Below, one piece after another: positions 1 to 10,654 of a DNA stretch of 64,000 nucleotides. The notes under the pieces were generated by a model, which saw only the letters and a list, made by a program, of their open reading frames with translations, made no database searches and had not been told where the DNA came from. Position 1 is the first letter of the stretch. Every line of letters begins with the position of its first letter. The DNA is from Pelagibius sp. (lineage in GTDB: Bacteria > Pseudomonadota > Alphaproteobacteria > Kiloniellales > Kiloniellaceae), in contig NZ_OZ245757.1 in the NCBI RefSeq assembly GCF_965227505.1, forward strand, positions 3,822,376 through 3,886,375, given 5' to 3'. The position numbers and the translations under genes were made by a program.

Positions 1-1193
1 GGAGCGCCGTTCGAAGGGACCGAGCAAGGGTTCGATCCGGCCGTAGATCTGATGAGAGTAGGTGATCATGTAGGTGGAGACGGCAATGGTGATCAGACCG
101 ACCAGGGTAACCAGACCCAGGGCGTCCTCCGCCACATGGCCGATCGATACCCCCATGGCCATGAAGATCAGCGAGAACTCGCTGATCTGCGCGACGGTCA
201 GGCCGGCGAGGAAGCCGGTGCGCTTGCGGTAGCCCATGGCGCCCATGATCGCCAGCACGATCAAGGGGTTGCCGATGAGGACGAAGAGCGAAAAGATCAC
301 GGCGGCGAAGACACTGGCGCCGAGGACAGAGAGATCCAGGGAGGCGCCCAGTGCGATGAAAAAGAACAGCAGCAGGAAGTCGCGCAGGGAGGCGAGCCGG
401 GCGGAGATCGCCTCGCGGAACGGCGTCGAAGCCAGCGAAACGCCCGCCAGCAGGCCGCCCAGTTCCTTGCCGAATCCCAGGTAGTGGCCGAGGGCCGCCA
501 GCAGCGCTGCCCAGCCGATGGCGAAGGAGACCAGCAGTTCCGGCGCGCGGGACAGCCGCTCGACCAGCGGATTGGCGAGGAAGCGGACGAAGAGGCCCAC
601 TGCGACCAGCATGGCCGCGCCGTAGCCGAAGACCAGCAGCACGTCGGAGAAGGCCGCGTCGCCCCCGGTGCCCACGCCGATGGCCGAGAGCACGATCATC
701 GCCAGCACCACAACCACATCCTGGACGATCAGGAAGCCCAGGGCGATGCGTCCGTGCAGGGAGTCGATCTCCCGCTTGTCGGAGAGCAGCTTCACGATGA
801 TGATCGTTGAGGAAAAGGTGAGCGCGACGGCGACATAGAGGCTCGTCAGGGTCCCGAGGCCGAGCGCCAGTCCGATCAGAAACCCGAAGATGGTCGTGAA
901 GGCGACTTGCCCGAGCCCGGTCATCAGCGCGATGGGCCCCAGGGTGCGCACCAGCTTCAGGTCGAGCTTCAGGCCGACCAGAAACAGCAGGACGGCGATG
1001 CCGAGTTCCGCCAGGAGGTCGATGTGCTCGTCGGACTTGGCAATGTCGAAGACCGAGGGTCCGGCCAGGATGCCCACCGCGATGAAGCTCACGATCAGGG
1101 GCTGGCGCAGCATCAGCCCGACGAAGCCGACGCTGGCCGCCAGCACCAGAAGGGCTGCGATCTCGTAGAAGATGTACCCGCCGATGGCCTCGC

Positions 1194-1197
<4 letters not shown>
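1..1197 (-). CDS. CPA2-family cation:proton antiporter (3' end runs off the left edge)
   Basis: Not in the ORF track. Manual minus-strand translation from ATG 1197 gives MSEAIGGYIFYEIAALLVLAASVGFVGLMLRQPLIVSFIAVGILAGPSVF...LAELGIAVLLFLVGLKLD...VAVALTFSSTIIIVKLLSDKREIDSLHGRIALGFLIVQD, with typical CPA2/Kef transmembrane motifs. ATGA overlap with the upstream ATPase stop. Confidence 0.9.
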
Positions 1198-3965
<2,768 letters not shown>

Positions 3966-4004
3966 GCCGGCCCCGTTCGATCGTCCCGGCCGGGCAGGTC
4001 TGTT

Positions 4005-4214
4005 TCAGCCGTCCTTCGTTTCCTTGCCACAGCTCGGCGCGCGCGTGGCGTGTTCATTCACAAAGGCCTCCAGATCCTTGACTGCCACCCGGAATTCGCG
4101 GCCCAGCCGTATTGCGCGAAGTTCGTTTTGGTGGATCCAAGACCGCACAGTCGCTTCCCGCACCCTGAGGAGCTCCGCAATTTCCTGCGTGGTCATGAAT
4201 GGTTTACTGAGCAT
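4005..4214 (-). CDS. Excisionase-family (HTH_17/MerR-like) small DNA-binding protein
   Basis: 69 aa, FMTTQEIAELLRVREATVRSWIHQNELRAIRLGREFRV matches the xis-type HTH pattern. No integrase nearby. Confidence 0.8.
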   Translation of the reverse strand: MLSKPFMTTQEIAELLRVREATVRSWIHQNELRAIRLGREFRVAVKDLEAFVNEHATRAPSCGKETKDG

Positions 4215-4320
4215 GCTTCGGTCCCACTGAAAATCATATAAGACTGTTATGGGCCGTTCAAAGTGTTTCGGGGCGTTTGGATGCTTTCCAGGCCAGCCCC
4301 TTGGGGCGGCGCCACCGGAT

Positions 4321-4383
4321 CAGTCTGTTGGAGCCCCCAGTCTGTTGGGCCCCAGTCTGTTGGGGCCCCAGTCTGTTGGGGCC
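4321..4383. repeat. Tandem repeat, 4 copies of a 15-17 bp unit CAGTCTGTTGG(G/A)GCCC
   Basis: Units start at 4321, 4338, 4353 and 4369, about 20 bp downstream of the ROK gene stop. Confidence 0.95.
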
Positions 4384-4401
4384 AATGCCTCAGGCCTCCG
4401 C

Positions 4402-5601
4402 TCAGGCGGCGGTTTTCTTCACCAGCAGGTTCTGGTCCGGCGAGAACTGACGGATCAGCGGCAGGATGGCGGCGCCGCAGACCCGTGCCCGCGGACCCAC
4501 GTTGCCGCGGCGGATCTCCAGCGGGCTGGTGCCGGTGAGGTCGATTTCCGTCAGCGCCGCGCGGACGTCTGCGACGAAGGCCTCGACCTCCTCGCTATGG
4601 AGCATAGCATCGATGACGACTCCTTCGAAGTCGATGATGCTGATGGCCGCTGCGATGGCCTGGGCGATGGGCGGGGCCGCGCTGCGCCGCCAGCGGGTGA
4701 AGGCCTCGGCGGCGCGCGGGTCGCGCACCAGATCGGCGATCATGGCGTCGCCGGTTATGCCTGCCTTGCGGAGTTCGTCCGTCAGGCGAAACAGGGAGCC
4801 CTGGCGGATCAACTGTTCGAGATGGCCGTCCCGGGCGGCGACGGGGATGGAGCCGATGGCCCCGGCGTTGCGCCGCGTGCCTTCGAAAAGGCGCCCCTCG
4901 ATGACCACGCCGCCGCCGACGAAGGTGCCGACATAGATGTAGAGCGCGGAGGAAAAGGTGAGCGCACCGCCCAGGGTCATCTCCGCCGCACAGGCGGCCG
5001 TGGCGTCGTTGTGGACCTCCACCGGCAGGCCGGTGAGCTCGGCGACGGCTGCGGCGACGTCGACCTTGTCCCAGTCCGCCAGTTCGCTGGGGTCGAGCCC
5101 CATGACGTCGGTCCAGGCGGAGAGCTGGCCGGGCATGGCGACGCCGACACCGACGATCCGGCCGCGCAGCCTCTCCTCCAGGCCGTCCAGCAGGCCGGTC
5201 AGCTCCCGCCGCAGCAGGGCGGCGACTTCCACCTGGCGCGGGGCGGGGTAGGGAAACTGTCGGTACTCCACCGCCTGGCCGTGGAAATCCACCAACATCA
5301 GTTCCAGGCTGCGGCGGCCGATCTTCACGCCCAGCGAGAGCACGCCCTGGGCGTTCAGGGCGATGGGGGTGTGGGGCTGGCCCACCTTGCCGCGCACCTT
5401 CTTCTCCTTGCGGACCAGCCCTTCTTTCAGAAGGGCATTGACGATCACCGAGACGGCCTGGGCGCTGAGGCCGGTGTGACGGGCGATCTCGGCTTTCGGC
5501 AGGGCTCCCGCCTGGCGGATCAGGTCCAGGATCATCCGCTTGTTGTAGGCCCTGAGCCCGACCTGGTCGCCGCCGCGAATCTGAAAGTCACCCTGGGTCA
5601 T
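4402..5601 (-). CDS. frcR: ROK-family transcriptional repressor (FrcR-like)
   Basis: N-terminal wHTH (AEIARHTGLSAQAVSVIVNALLKEGLV), ROK domain (VHNDATAACAAE, YVGTFVGGGVV, NAGAIG); divergent from frcBCA. Start trimmed to ATG 5601. Confidence 0.85.
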   Translation of the reverse strand: MTQGDFQIRGGDQVGLRAYNKRMILDLIRQAGALPKAEIARHTGLSAQAVSVIVNALLKEGLVRKEKKVRGKVGQPHTPIALNAQGVLSLGVKIGRRSLELMLVDFHGQAVEYRQFPYPAPRQVEVAALLRRELTGLLDGLEERLRGRIVGVGVAMPGQLSAWTDVMGLDPSELADWDKVDVAAAVAELTGLPVEVHNDATAACAAEMTLGGALTFSSALYIYVGTFVGGGVVIEGRLFEGTRRNAGAIGSIPVAARDGHLEQLIRQGSLFRLTDELRKAGITGDAMIADLVRDPRAAEAFTRWRRSAAPPIAQAIAAAISIIDFEGVVIDAMLHSEEVEAFVADVRAALTEIDLTGTSPLEIRRGNVGPRARVCGAAILPLIRQFSPDQNLLVKKTAA

Positions 5602-5767
5602 GATCGCCTTCGCGTCTTGGTCGCCGCCGGGCAGTCCGCCGGTTTCTCGCGTTTCGGCCCATCGCGCTGCGCGGACAGGGCGCTTTGGGGCATCGCACCT
5701 CTGGGCGTCGCCCTTCAGGGGGCGGCAGACTGCCCACACAGAATGGGGATTTCCCCGCTGCGGGGCA

Positions 5768-5788
5768 AATAATTCTTATTGATTTATT
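5768..5788. promoter_or_regulatory. Candidate FrcR operator 1 (AATAATTC-N5-GATTTATT)
   Basis: 21-bp imperfect palindrome (1 mismatch to AATAAATC-N5-GATTTATT) in the AT-rich divergent intergenic region. Confidence 0.6.
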
Positions 5789-5870
5789 ATTTGCGCGCTT
5801 TGCAACCCAAAGGCTTCCTCACTGTCTCCGGGCCGTCGCGCGCAGCATCGGAGCGGCCCAGCGGACAATA

Positions 5871-5922
5871 AAAAACTCAATGTGATTTATTTATTGACAG
5901 CCAGGAAATGCAGGGGTTAAAT
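5871..5922 (+). promoter_or_regulatory. Candidate FrcR operator 2 plus sigma70 promoter of frcB
   Basis: AAAAACTC-N5-GATTTATT (5871-5891) abuts a perfect -35 TTGACA (5894-5899), a 17-bp spacer and a -10-like TTAAAT (5917-5922). Confidence 0.6.
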
Positions 5923-6015
5923 CGGAGAATACGGAGCAAGCTGCGCCGTTTCGGCCGGCCCGACAAGAAGCTCCGAGACAACGAAGTCCAATCGCCTCTA
6001 GGGAGGAGCTCTATC

Positions 6016-7053
6016 ATGAAGTCCGCCATGAAGTATGGTGTCATCGGAACGATCACGGCCGCTGGCGTGATGGCCCTGGCCGGTCTTGCCGCACCGGTCC
6101 AGGCCGAGGATGTCATCGTCGGTCTCATCACCAAGACCAACACGAATCCCTTCTTCGTGAAGATGCGCGAGGGCGCGCAGGCCAAGGCGGGGGAACTGGG
6201 GGCCGAGCTGCGCACCTTCGCCGGCAAGTACGACGGCGACAACGCGGCCCAGATCGAGGCCATCGAGAGTCTTGTCGCCGCCGGCGCCAAGGGCATTCTG
6301 ATCACCCCTTCCGACCCCGCGGGGCTGGCCGACACGGTACGCCGGGCGCGTGAGGCCGGGGTGCTTGTGATCGCCCTCGATACGCCCTTCGATCCGCCGG
6401 AGGTCGCCGACGCGACCTTCGCGACCGACAACTTCCGCGCCGGGGAACTGATCGGCCAGTGGGCCGCCGCCAAGATGGGCGACACGGCCCAGGCCAAGAT
6501 CGCCACCCTGGATCTCTCCGAGGCGCAGATCACGGTGGACGTGCTGCGCAACCAGGGCTTCCTCAAAGGCTTCGGCGTCGATACGAAAAACATCAACAAG
6601 ATGTACGACGAGGACGATCCCCGCCTGGTCGGCGGCGACTCCACCCTGGGGTCCGAGGAAGGCGGGCGCACGGCCATCGAGAACCTGATGCAGAAAGACC
6701 CTGGCATCAACGTCATCCACACGATCAACGAACCCGCCGCCGCGGGTGCCTACGAGGGGCTCAAGTCCTTCGGCATGGCCGGCAAGGTGCTGATCGTCTC
6801 GGTCGACGGCGGCTGCCCCGGTGTGCAGAACGTCAAGGAAGGCATCATCGGCGCCACCTCCATGCAGTTCCCGCTGCGCATGGCCTCGCTCGGGGTCGAA
6901 GCGGTTGTGGAGTTCGCAAAGAGCGGGACGAAGCCGGAGAACACGGAAGGCCTGAGCTTCTTCGATACCGGTGTCGAGCTGGTGACCGACGAGCCGGTCG
7001 ACGGCATCCCCTCGATCTCTTCGGAGGAAGCGCTGGCAAAGTGCTGGGGTTGA
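6016..7053 (+). CDS. frcB: Fructose/ribose/mannose ABC transporter periplasmic binding protein
   Basis: Signal peptide; [53 protein letters not shown] and C-terminal KCWG closely match recalled rhizobial FrcB. RBS GGAGGAG precedes ATG 6016. Confidence 0.9.
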   Translation: MKSAMKYGVIGTITAAGVMALAGLAAPVQAEDVIVGLITKTNTNPFFVKMREGAQAKAGELGAELRTFAGKYDGDNAAQIEAIESLVAAGAKGILITPSDPAGLADTVRRAREAGVLVIALDTPFDPPEVADATFATDNFRAGELIGQWAAAKMGDTAQAKIATLDLSEAQITVDVLRNQGFLKGFGVDTKNINKMYDEDDPRLVGGDSTLGSEEGGRTAIENLMQKDPGINVIHTINEPAAAGAYEGLKSFGMAGKVLIVSVDGGCPGVQNVKEGIIGATSMQFPLRMASLGVEAVVEFAKSGTKPENTEGLSFFDTGVELVTDEPVDGIPSISSEEALAKCWG

Positions 7054-7105
7054 AAATACCGGGGTCGAGAATACCGGGATTGAGAGCGCTCGGGATGAAT
7101 GCGCC
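7046..7105. repeat. Degenerate 15-bp tandem repeat (4 units) starting on the frcB stop codon
   Basis: GGGGTTGAAAATACC / GGGGTCGAGAATACC / GGGATTGAGAGCGCT / CGGGATGAATGCGCC. Confidence 0.75.
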
Positions 7106-7129
7106 GGGGCTTCGCCCGTCCTAGTCTTT

Positions 7130-7153
7130 CCCCTGCGCCCTGCGGCGCAGGGG
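7130..7153 (+). terminator. GC-rich hairpin between frcB and frcC (terminator or mRNA stabiliser)
   Basis: CCCCTGCGCC-CTGC-GGCGCAGGGG perfect 10-bp stem; no U-tract on the + strand. Confidence 0.55.
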
Positions 7154-7264
7154 GCGGCGGGCCGGGCGCTTCCCAGAAACCGGAAACCACAGCCCAAAGG
7201 CTGAGCCCCTGACCTTATGATCCGGAGCCGATGATCGGGGCTCAAGATCCGGGAGGAAACCGCC

Positions 7265-8485
7265 ATGGCCGATGACCAGGCAGCGCCGCGCGGGCCGCAG
7301 GATTTCGAGAAGGCCCTCGACAAGAGCGCGACGGAGGTCGCGTCCTTTGCCGCGCGCGACACCTCCGCACTCGCGCGCTTCCACTACTTCCTGCATGCCA
7401 ACCCCACCGCCGCGCCGGTTGTGGTTCTGATGGTGAGCTGCATCGTTTTCGGGATCGTCGCAAACAACTTCTTCTCCGCCTTCAACCTTTCGCTGATCAT
7501 CCAGCAGGTGACGATCATCGGCATTCTGGGCGCCGCCCAGACCCTGGTGATCCTCACCGCCGGCATCGATCTCAGCGTCGCTGCGGTCATGGTGCTGAGC
7601 TACATGGTGATGGCACGCCTGGCGGTACAGGGCGATGTCCCCTCACTGCTTGCCGTCGTCATCGGCCTCGCGGTCGGTCTTGCCTGCGGTCTGTTCAACG
7701 GCAGCCTCGTGACGCGGACCCGCCTGCTGCCGGTGGCCGTGGCGGTGCTCAGCTGGCTCCTGCTGTACAGCTTCGGCGTCCCGCTGATCTATGTCGTGCC
7801 CATCGGCATGGTCGCGGCGCTCGCTGTCGGCTGGTTCAGCCTCGGCCCGGCGGTGGAGGTGCGCCTGCCGCCCTTTATCGTCACCCTCGGGGCGTGGTCG
7901 ATCTTCTTCGCCCTGAACCTCTGGTATTCGGAATCGGAGACCATCCGCAGCCAGGATATCGACGCCACCGCGCCCCTGCTGAAAGTCTTCGGCCTGCGGG
8001 TGGAAGTGCTGGGGGCGCAGTTCACGCTCGGTTCGTTCCTGATGATCGGGATCTTCGCCGTCCTCTGGTATGCCCTCACATGGACCGCCTGGGGGCGTGC
8101 CGTCTATGCCGTCGGCGACGACAAGGAAGCGGCCGAGCTGTCCGGCATCCGCACCGACCGGGTCCTGCTGTCGGTCTACGGCGTTGCCGGCCTGCTCTGC
8201 GCCATCGGCGGCTGGGCCGCCATCGGGCGCGTCGGCTCCGCCTCGCCGCAGTCGTTCTACGAGGCGAACCTGGATGCCATCACCGCCGTGGTGATCGGCG
8301 GCACCTCGCTCTTCGGCGGCAGGGGGGCCATCTTCGGTACGCTCTTCGGCGCGCTCATCGTCGGCGTCTTCCGCTCCGGCCTCAAGCTCGGCGGTGTCGA
8401 CGTGCTCTGGCAGACCTTCGCCGTGGGCCTGCTGATCATCGTCGCCGTTGCCATGGACCAGTGGATCAGGAGGGTCAGCGCATGA
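7265..8485 (+). CDS. frcC: Sugar ABC transporter permease (FrcC-like) with internal insertion
   Basis: LVILTAGIDLSV, LPPFIVTLG, WGRAVYAVGDDKEAAELSGI, NLDAITAVVIGGTSLFGGRG. Confidence 0.9.
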   Translation: MADDQAAPRGPQDFEKALDKSATEVASFAARDTSALARFHYFLHANPTAAPVVVLMVSCIVFGIVANNFFSAFNLSLIIQQVTIIGILGAAQTLVILTAGIDLSVAAVMVLSYMVMARLAVQGDVPSLLAVVIGLAVGLACGLFNGSLVTRTRLLPVAVAVLSWLLLYSFGVPLIYVVPIGMVAALAVGWFSLGPAVEVRLPPFIVTLGAWSIFFALNLWYSESETIRSQDIDATAPLLKVFGLRVEVLGAQFTLGSFLMIGIFAVLWYALTWTAWGRAVYAVGDDKEAAELSGIRTDRVLLSVYGVAGLLCAIGGWAAIGRVGSASPQSFYEANLDAITAVVIGGTSLFGGRGAIFGTLFGALIVGVFRSGLKLGGVDVLWQTFAVGLLIIVAVAMDQWIRRVSA

Positions 8486-9282
8486 GCGTGAAACCCGTTA
8501 TGACCGGCCGCGGCCTGACCAAACGCTATGGCCGCGTCACCGCCATGGACCGGGCCGACTTCGAGCTCTTTCCCGGTGAGGTCCTGGCCATCATCGGCGA
8601 CAACGGCGCCGGCAAGTCGACCATGGTGAAGGCGCTCTGCGGCGCCGTTCAGGTCGACGAGGGAGAGATCCGCCTGGACGGCGAGCCGGTCAAATTCGCG
8701 TCGCCGATGGACGCGCGCGATGCCGGTATCGAGACCGTCTATCAGAACCTGGCGCTCTCGCCGGCGCTGTCGATCGCCGACAACATGTTCCTGGGGCGTG
8801 AGCTCTACAAGGACGGCATCGCCGGCTCGCTGTTCAGGATGCTCGACAAGAAGCGGATGCGCGACTTTGCGCGCGAGAAGCTGACGGAGCTTGGCCTGAT
8901 GACGGTGCAGTCCATCACCCAGACGGTGGAGACGCTCTCCGGCGGCCAGCGCCAGGGCGTGGCCGTGGCCAGGGCCGCCGCCTTTGCGACCAAGTTCGTG
9001 ATCATGGACGAACCGACGGCGGCCCTCGGCGTCAAGGAAAGCCGCCGCGTTCTCGAGCTGATCCAGGACGTAAGGGCACGGGGCATGCCCATCGTGCTGA
9101 TCTCCCACAACATGCCCCATGTCTTCGAGGTTGCCGACCGCATCCATATTCACCGGCTCAGCCGCCGTCATGCCGTGATCCGGCCGCAGGACTTCTCGAT
9201 GTCCGATGCCGTGGCGATCATGACCGGCGCCATGGAGCCGCCCGGCGAAATCGCCCTGCCGGAGGGTGCGGTGATGAGCTGA
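8482..9282 (+). CDS. frcA: Sugar ABC transporter ATP-binding protein (single domain)
   Basis: Walker A GDNGAGKST, signature LSGGQRQ, Walker B VIMDEPT, ISHN; ATGA overlap with frcC. Confidence 0.9.
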   Translation: MSVKPVMTGRGLTKRYGRVTAMDRADFELFPGEVLAIIGDNGAGKSTMVKALCGAVQVDEGEIRLDGEPVKFASPMDARDAGIETVYQNLALSPALSIADNMFLGRELYKDGIAGSLFRMLDKKRMRDFAREKLTELGLMTVQSITQTVETLSGGQRQGVAVARAAAFATKFVIMDEPTAALGVKESRRVLELIQDVRARGMPIVLISHNMPHVFEVADRIHIHRLSRRHAVIRPQDFSMSDAVAIMTGAMEPPGEIALPEGAVMS

Positions 9283-9301
9283 CCGGATCGATCTCCCTGG
9301 G

Positions 9302-9385
9302 GGCGGCCGCGTCAGGCACGGCCGCCAACCTTGTGGGGTGCGAAGTCGGGCGCTGGGGACCCGCCGCTTCGCACCCCTCTTCCTT
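9302..9385 (+). terminator. Two stem-loops between frcA and the kinase; the second is terminator-like
   Basis: GGCGGCCG..CGGCCGCC (9302-9326); GGGGTGCGAAG..CTTCGCACCCC (9335-9377) followed by TCTTCCTT. Confidence 0.5.
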
Positions 9386-9413
9386 GGCCTTCAACATTAC
9401 GGAACGCCGGTTG

Positions 9414-10346
9414 ATGTTTGTTGTATGCGGAGAGGCGCTCTACGACGTCTTCACCCTGGAGGAAACGCCCCGGGGTTTCACCATGGATGCCCGCATCGGC
9501 GGCTCGCCCTTTAACGTGGCGATCGGGCTGGCGCGGCTGGGCTGCGGTGTTGCCTTCTGTGCCGGGCTTTCCAGCGACCCCCTGGGGCGGCGCCTGGAAC
9601 GGCACCTCGAAAGCGAGGGCGTCGACACCCGCTACGTCACACGCAAGGACAATCCCACCACGCTTGCCCTGGTTGCGCTCGGTGGCGCCGGCGAGCCGCA
9701 CTACAGTTTCTACGGCCACGGGGCCGCCGATCGCGCGGTCACACCCGCCGATCTGCCTGACCTGCCGGGGAGCGTGCAGGCAATCCATTTCGGCTCGTTT
9801 TCTCTTGCGGTCGAACCCAGCGGTTCGTCCTTTCTGGAGCTGGCGCGGCGCTACGGCGGGGAGAAGCTGGTCTCCTTCGATCCCAACATCCGGCTGAACG
9901 TGGAACCCGATGCCGCACTGTGGCGCCAGCGAACCGAGGCTTTTACGCAGATTGCCGGACTGGTGAAGGTCAGCATCGAAGACCTGAGTGTCCTGTTTCC
10001 CGAGGAAACCCCGGAAGGGGTCATCGCCCGCTGGCACGCCAACGGCGTCCAGCTGGTGGTGGTGACACGCGGCGCGCAGGGGGCGCTGGTCTCCCTGCGC
10101 AGCGAGGCTTTCGAGGTACCGGGCCGGCCGGTGGAGGTCGTCGACACCGTCGGCGCGGGCGATACCTACCAGGCGGCGCTGCTCTGCGGCCTTGAGCGTT
10201 TGGGCAAGGCGGGCAAAGCCGGGCTTGCAGCCCTGTCGCTCGCGGACTGCAGGCGCCTGGTCGACTTCGCCGGAGCGGCGGCCGCGGTCACCTGTACACG
10301 GCGCGGCGCCGACATGCCGCTGGAATCCGACCTGCCGGAGATCTGA
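9414..10346 (+). CDS. PfkB-family carbohydrate kinase (probable fructokinase)
   Basis: VCGEALYD, GGSPFNVAIGLARLG, FDPNIR, VKVSIED, VVDTVGAGDTY. Confidence 0.9.
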   Translation: MFVVCGEALYDVFTLEETPRGFTMDARIGGSPFNVAIGLARLGCGVAFCAGLSSDPLGRRLERHLESEGVDTRYVTRKDNPTTLALVALGGAGEPHYSFYGHGAADRAVTPADLPDLPGSVQAIHFGSFSLAVEPSGSSFLELARRYGGEKLVSFDPNIRLNVEPDAALWRQRTEAFTQIAGLVKVSIEDLSVLFPEETPEGVIARWHANGVQLVVVTRGAQGALVSLRSEAFEVPGRPVEVVDTVGAGDTYQAALLCGLERLGKAGKAGLAALSLADCRRLVDFAGAAAAVTCTRRGADMPLESDLPEI

Positions 10347-10409
10347 GCCGCAGGTTCAGGCCGCGGTTCTGGGCCTCGGCCGTGATTGAACGGGCCTTCT
10401 TTCCTTTCG

Positions 10410-10466
10410 AGCCGGGACAGCTGTCCCAGAAGCGCAGGGGAAAATCTGGGGTAGCCGGGACAGCTG
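10410..10466. repeat. 14-bp direct repeat AGCCGGGACAGCTG x2 overlapping palindrome GGGACAGCTGTCCC; candidate operator
   Basis: Copies at 10410-10423 and 10453-10466 (43-bp period). The first includes a perfect 14-bp palindrome at 10414-10427. Confidence 0.7.
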
Positions 10467-10654
10467 CCCGATTTCCAGCGCGCCGATGATCGCCGATACC
10501 TCACAGCCGCCGCTTCGCTCCATGTCCGGGTGCTGCGGGGTCTGGGGGCAACCGCGTCGCGGTGACGCGCGTTGCCGATTCACCAGACGCCCGTGAACCC
10601 GGGTCACGCCACCCTCAGGGATGGGATGGAGCAGAGGATCGAAGGCTGAAAACC

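Noticed and set aside
52-810. Long + strand ORFs antisense to real genes (e.g. 52-810, 2067-4241, 13422-15566, 27444-30110, 37492-39375)
   Set aside because: Shadow ORFs expected at high GC; no motifs, and the opposite strand carries recognisable proteins.
4005-4214. Prophage or ICE boundary suggested by the excisionase-like gene
   Set aside because: No integrase, tRNA/att site or phage genes in the window.
4321-4383. Possible mini-CRISPR array
   Set aside because: Units are directly adjacent with no spacers, are only about 16 bp, and no cas genes are present.
10346-10385. Further degenerate post-stop repeats (GCCGCAGGTTCAG/GCCGCGGTTCTGG after the kinase; GACTGA x2 at 12134/12150)
   Set aside because: Similarity too low in GC-rich DNA to count without statistics, though they may be decayed members of the same pattern.
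10561-10575. Sigma54 promoter upstream of the di-heme gene
   Set aside because: GG-to-GC spacing is 11 nt rather than 10, and the TGGCAC context is absent.
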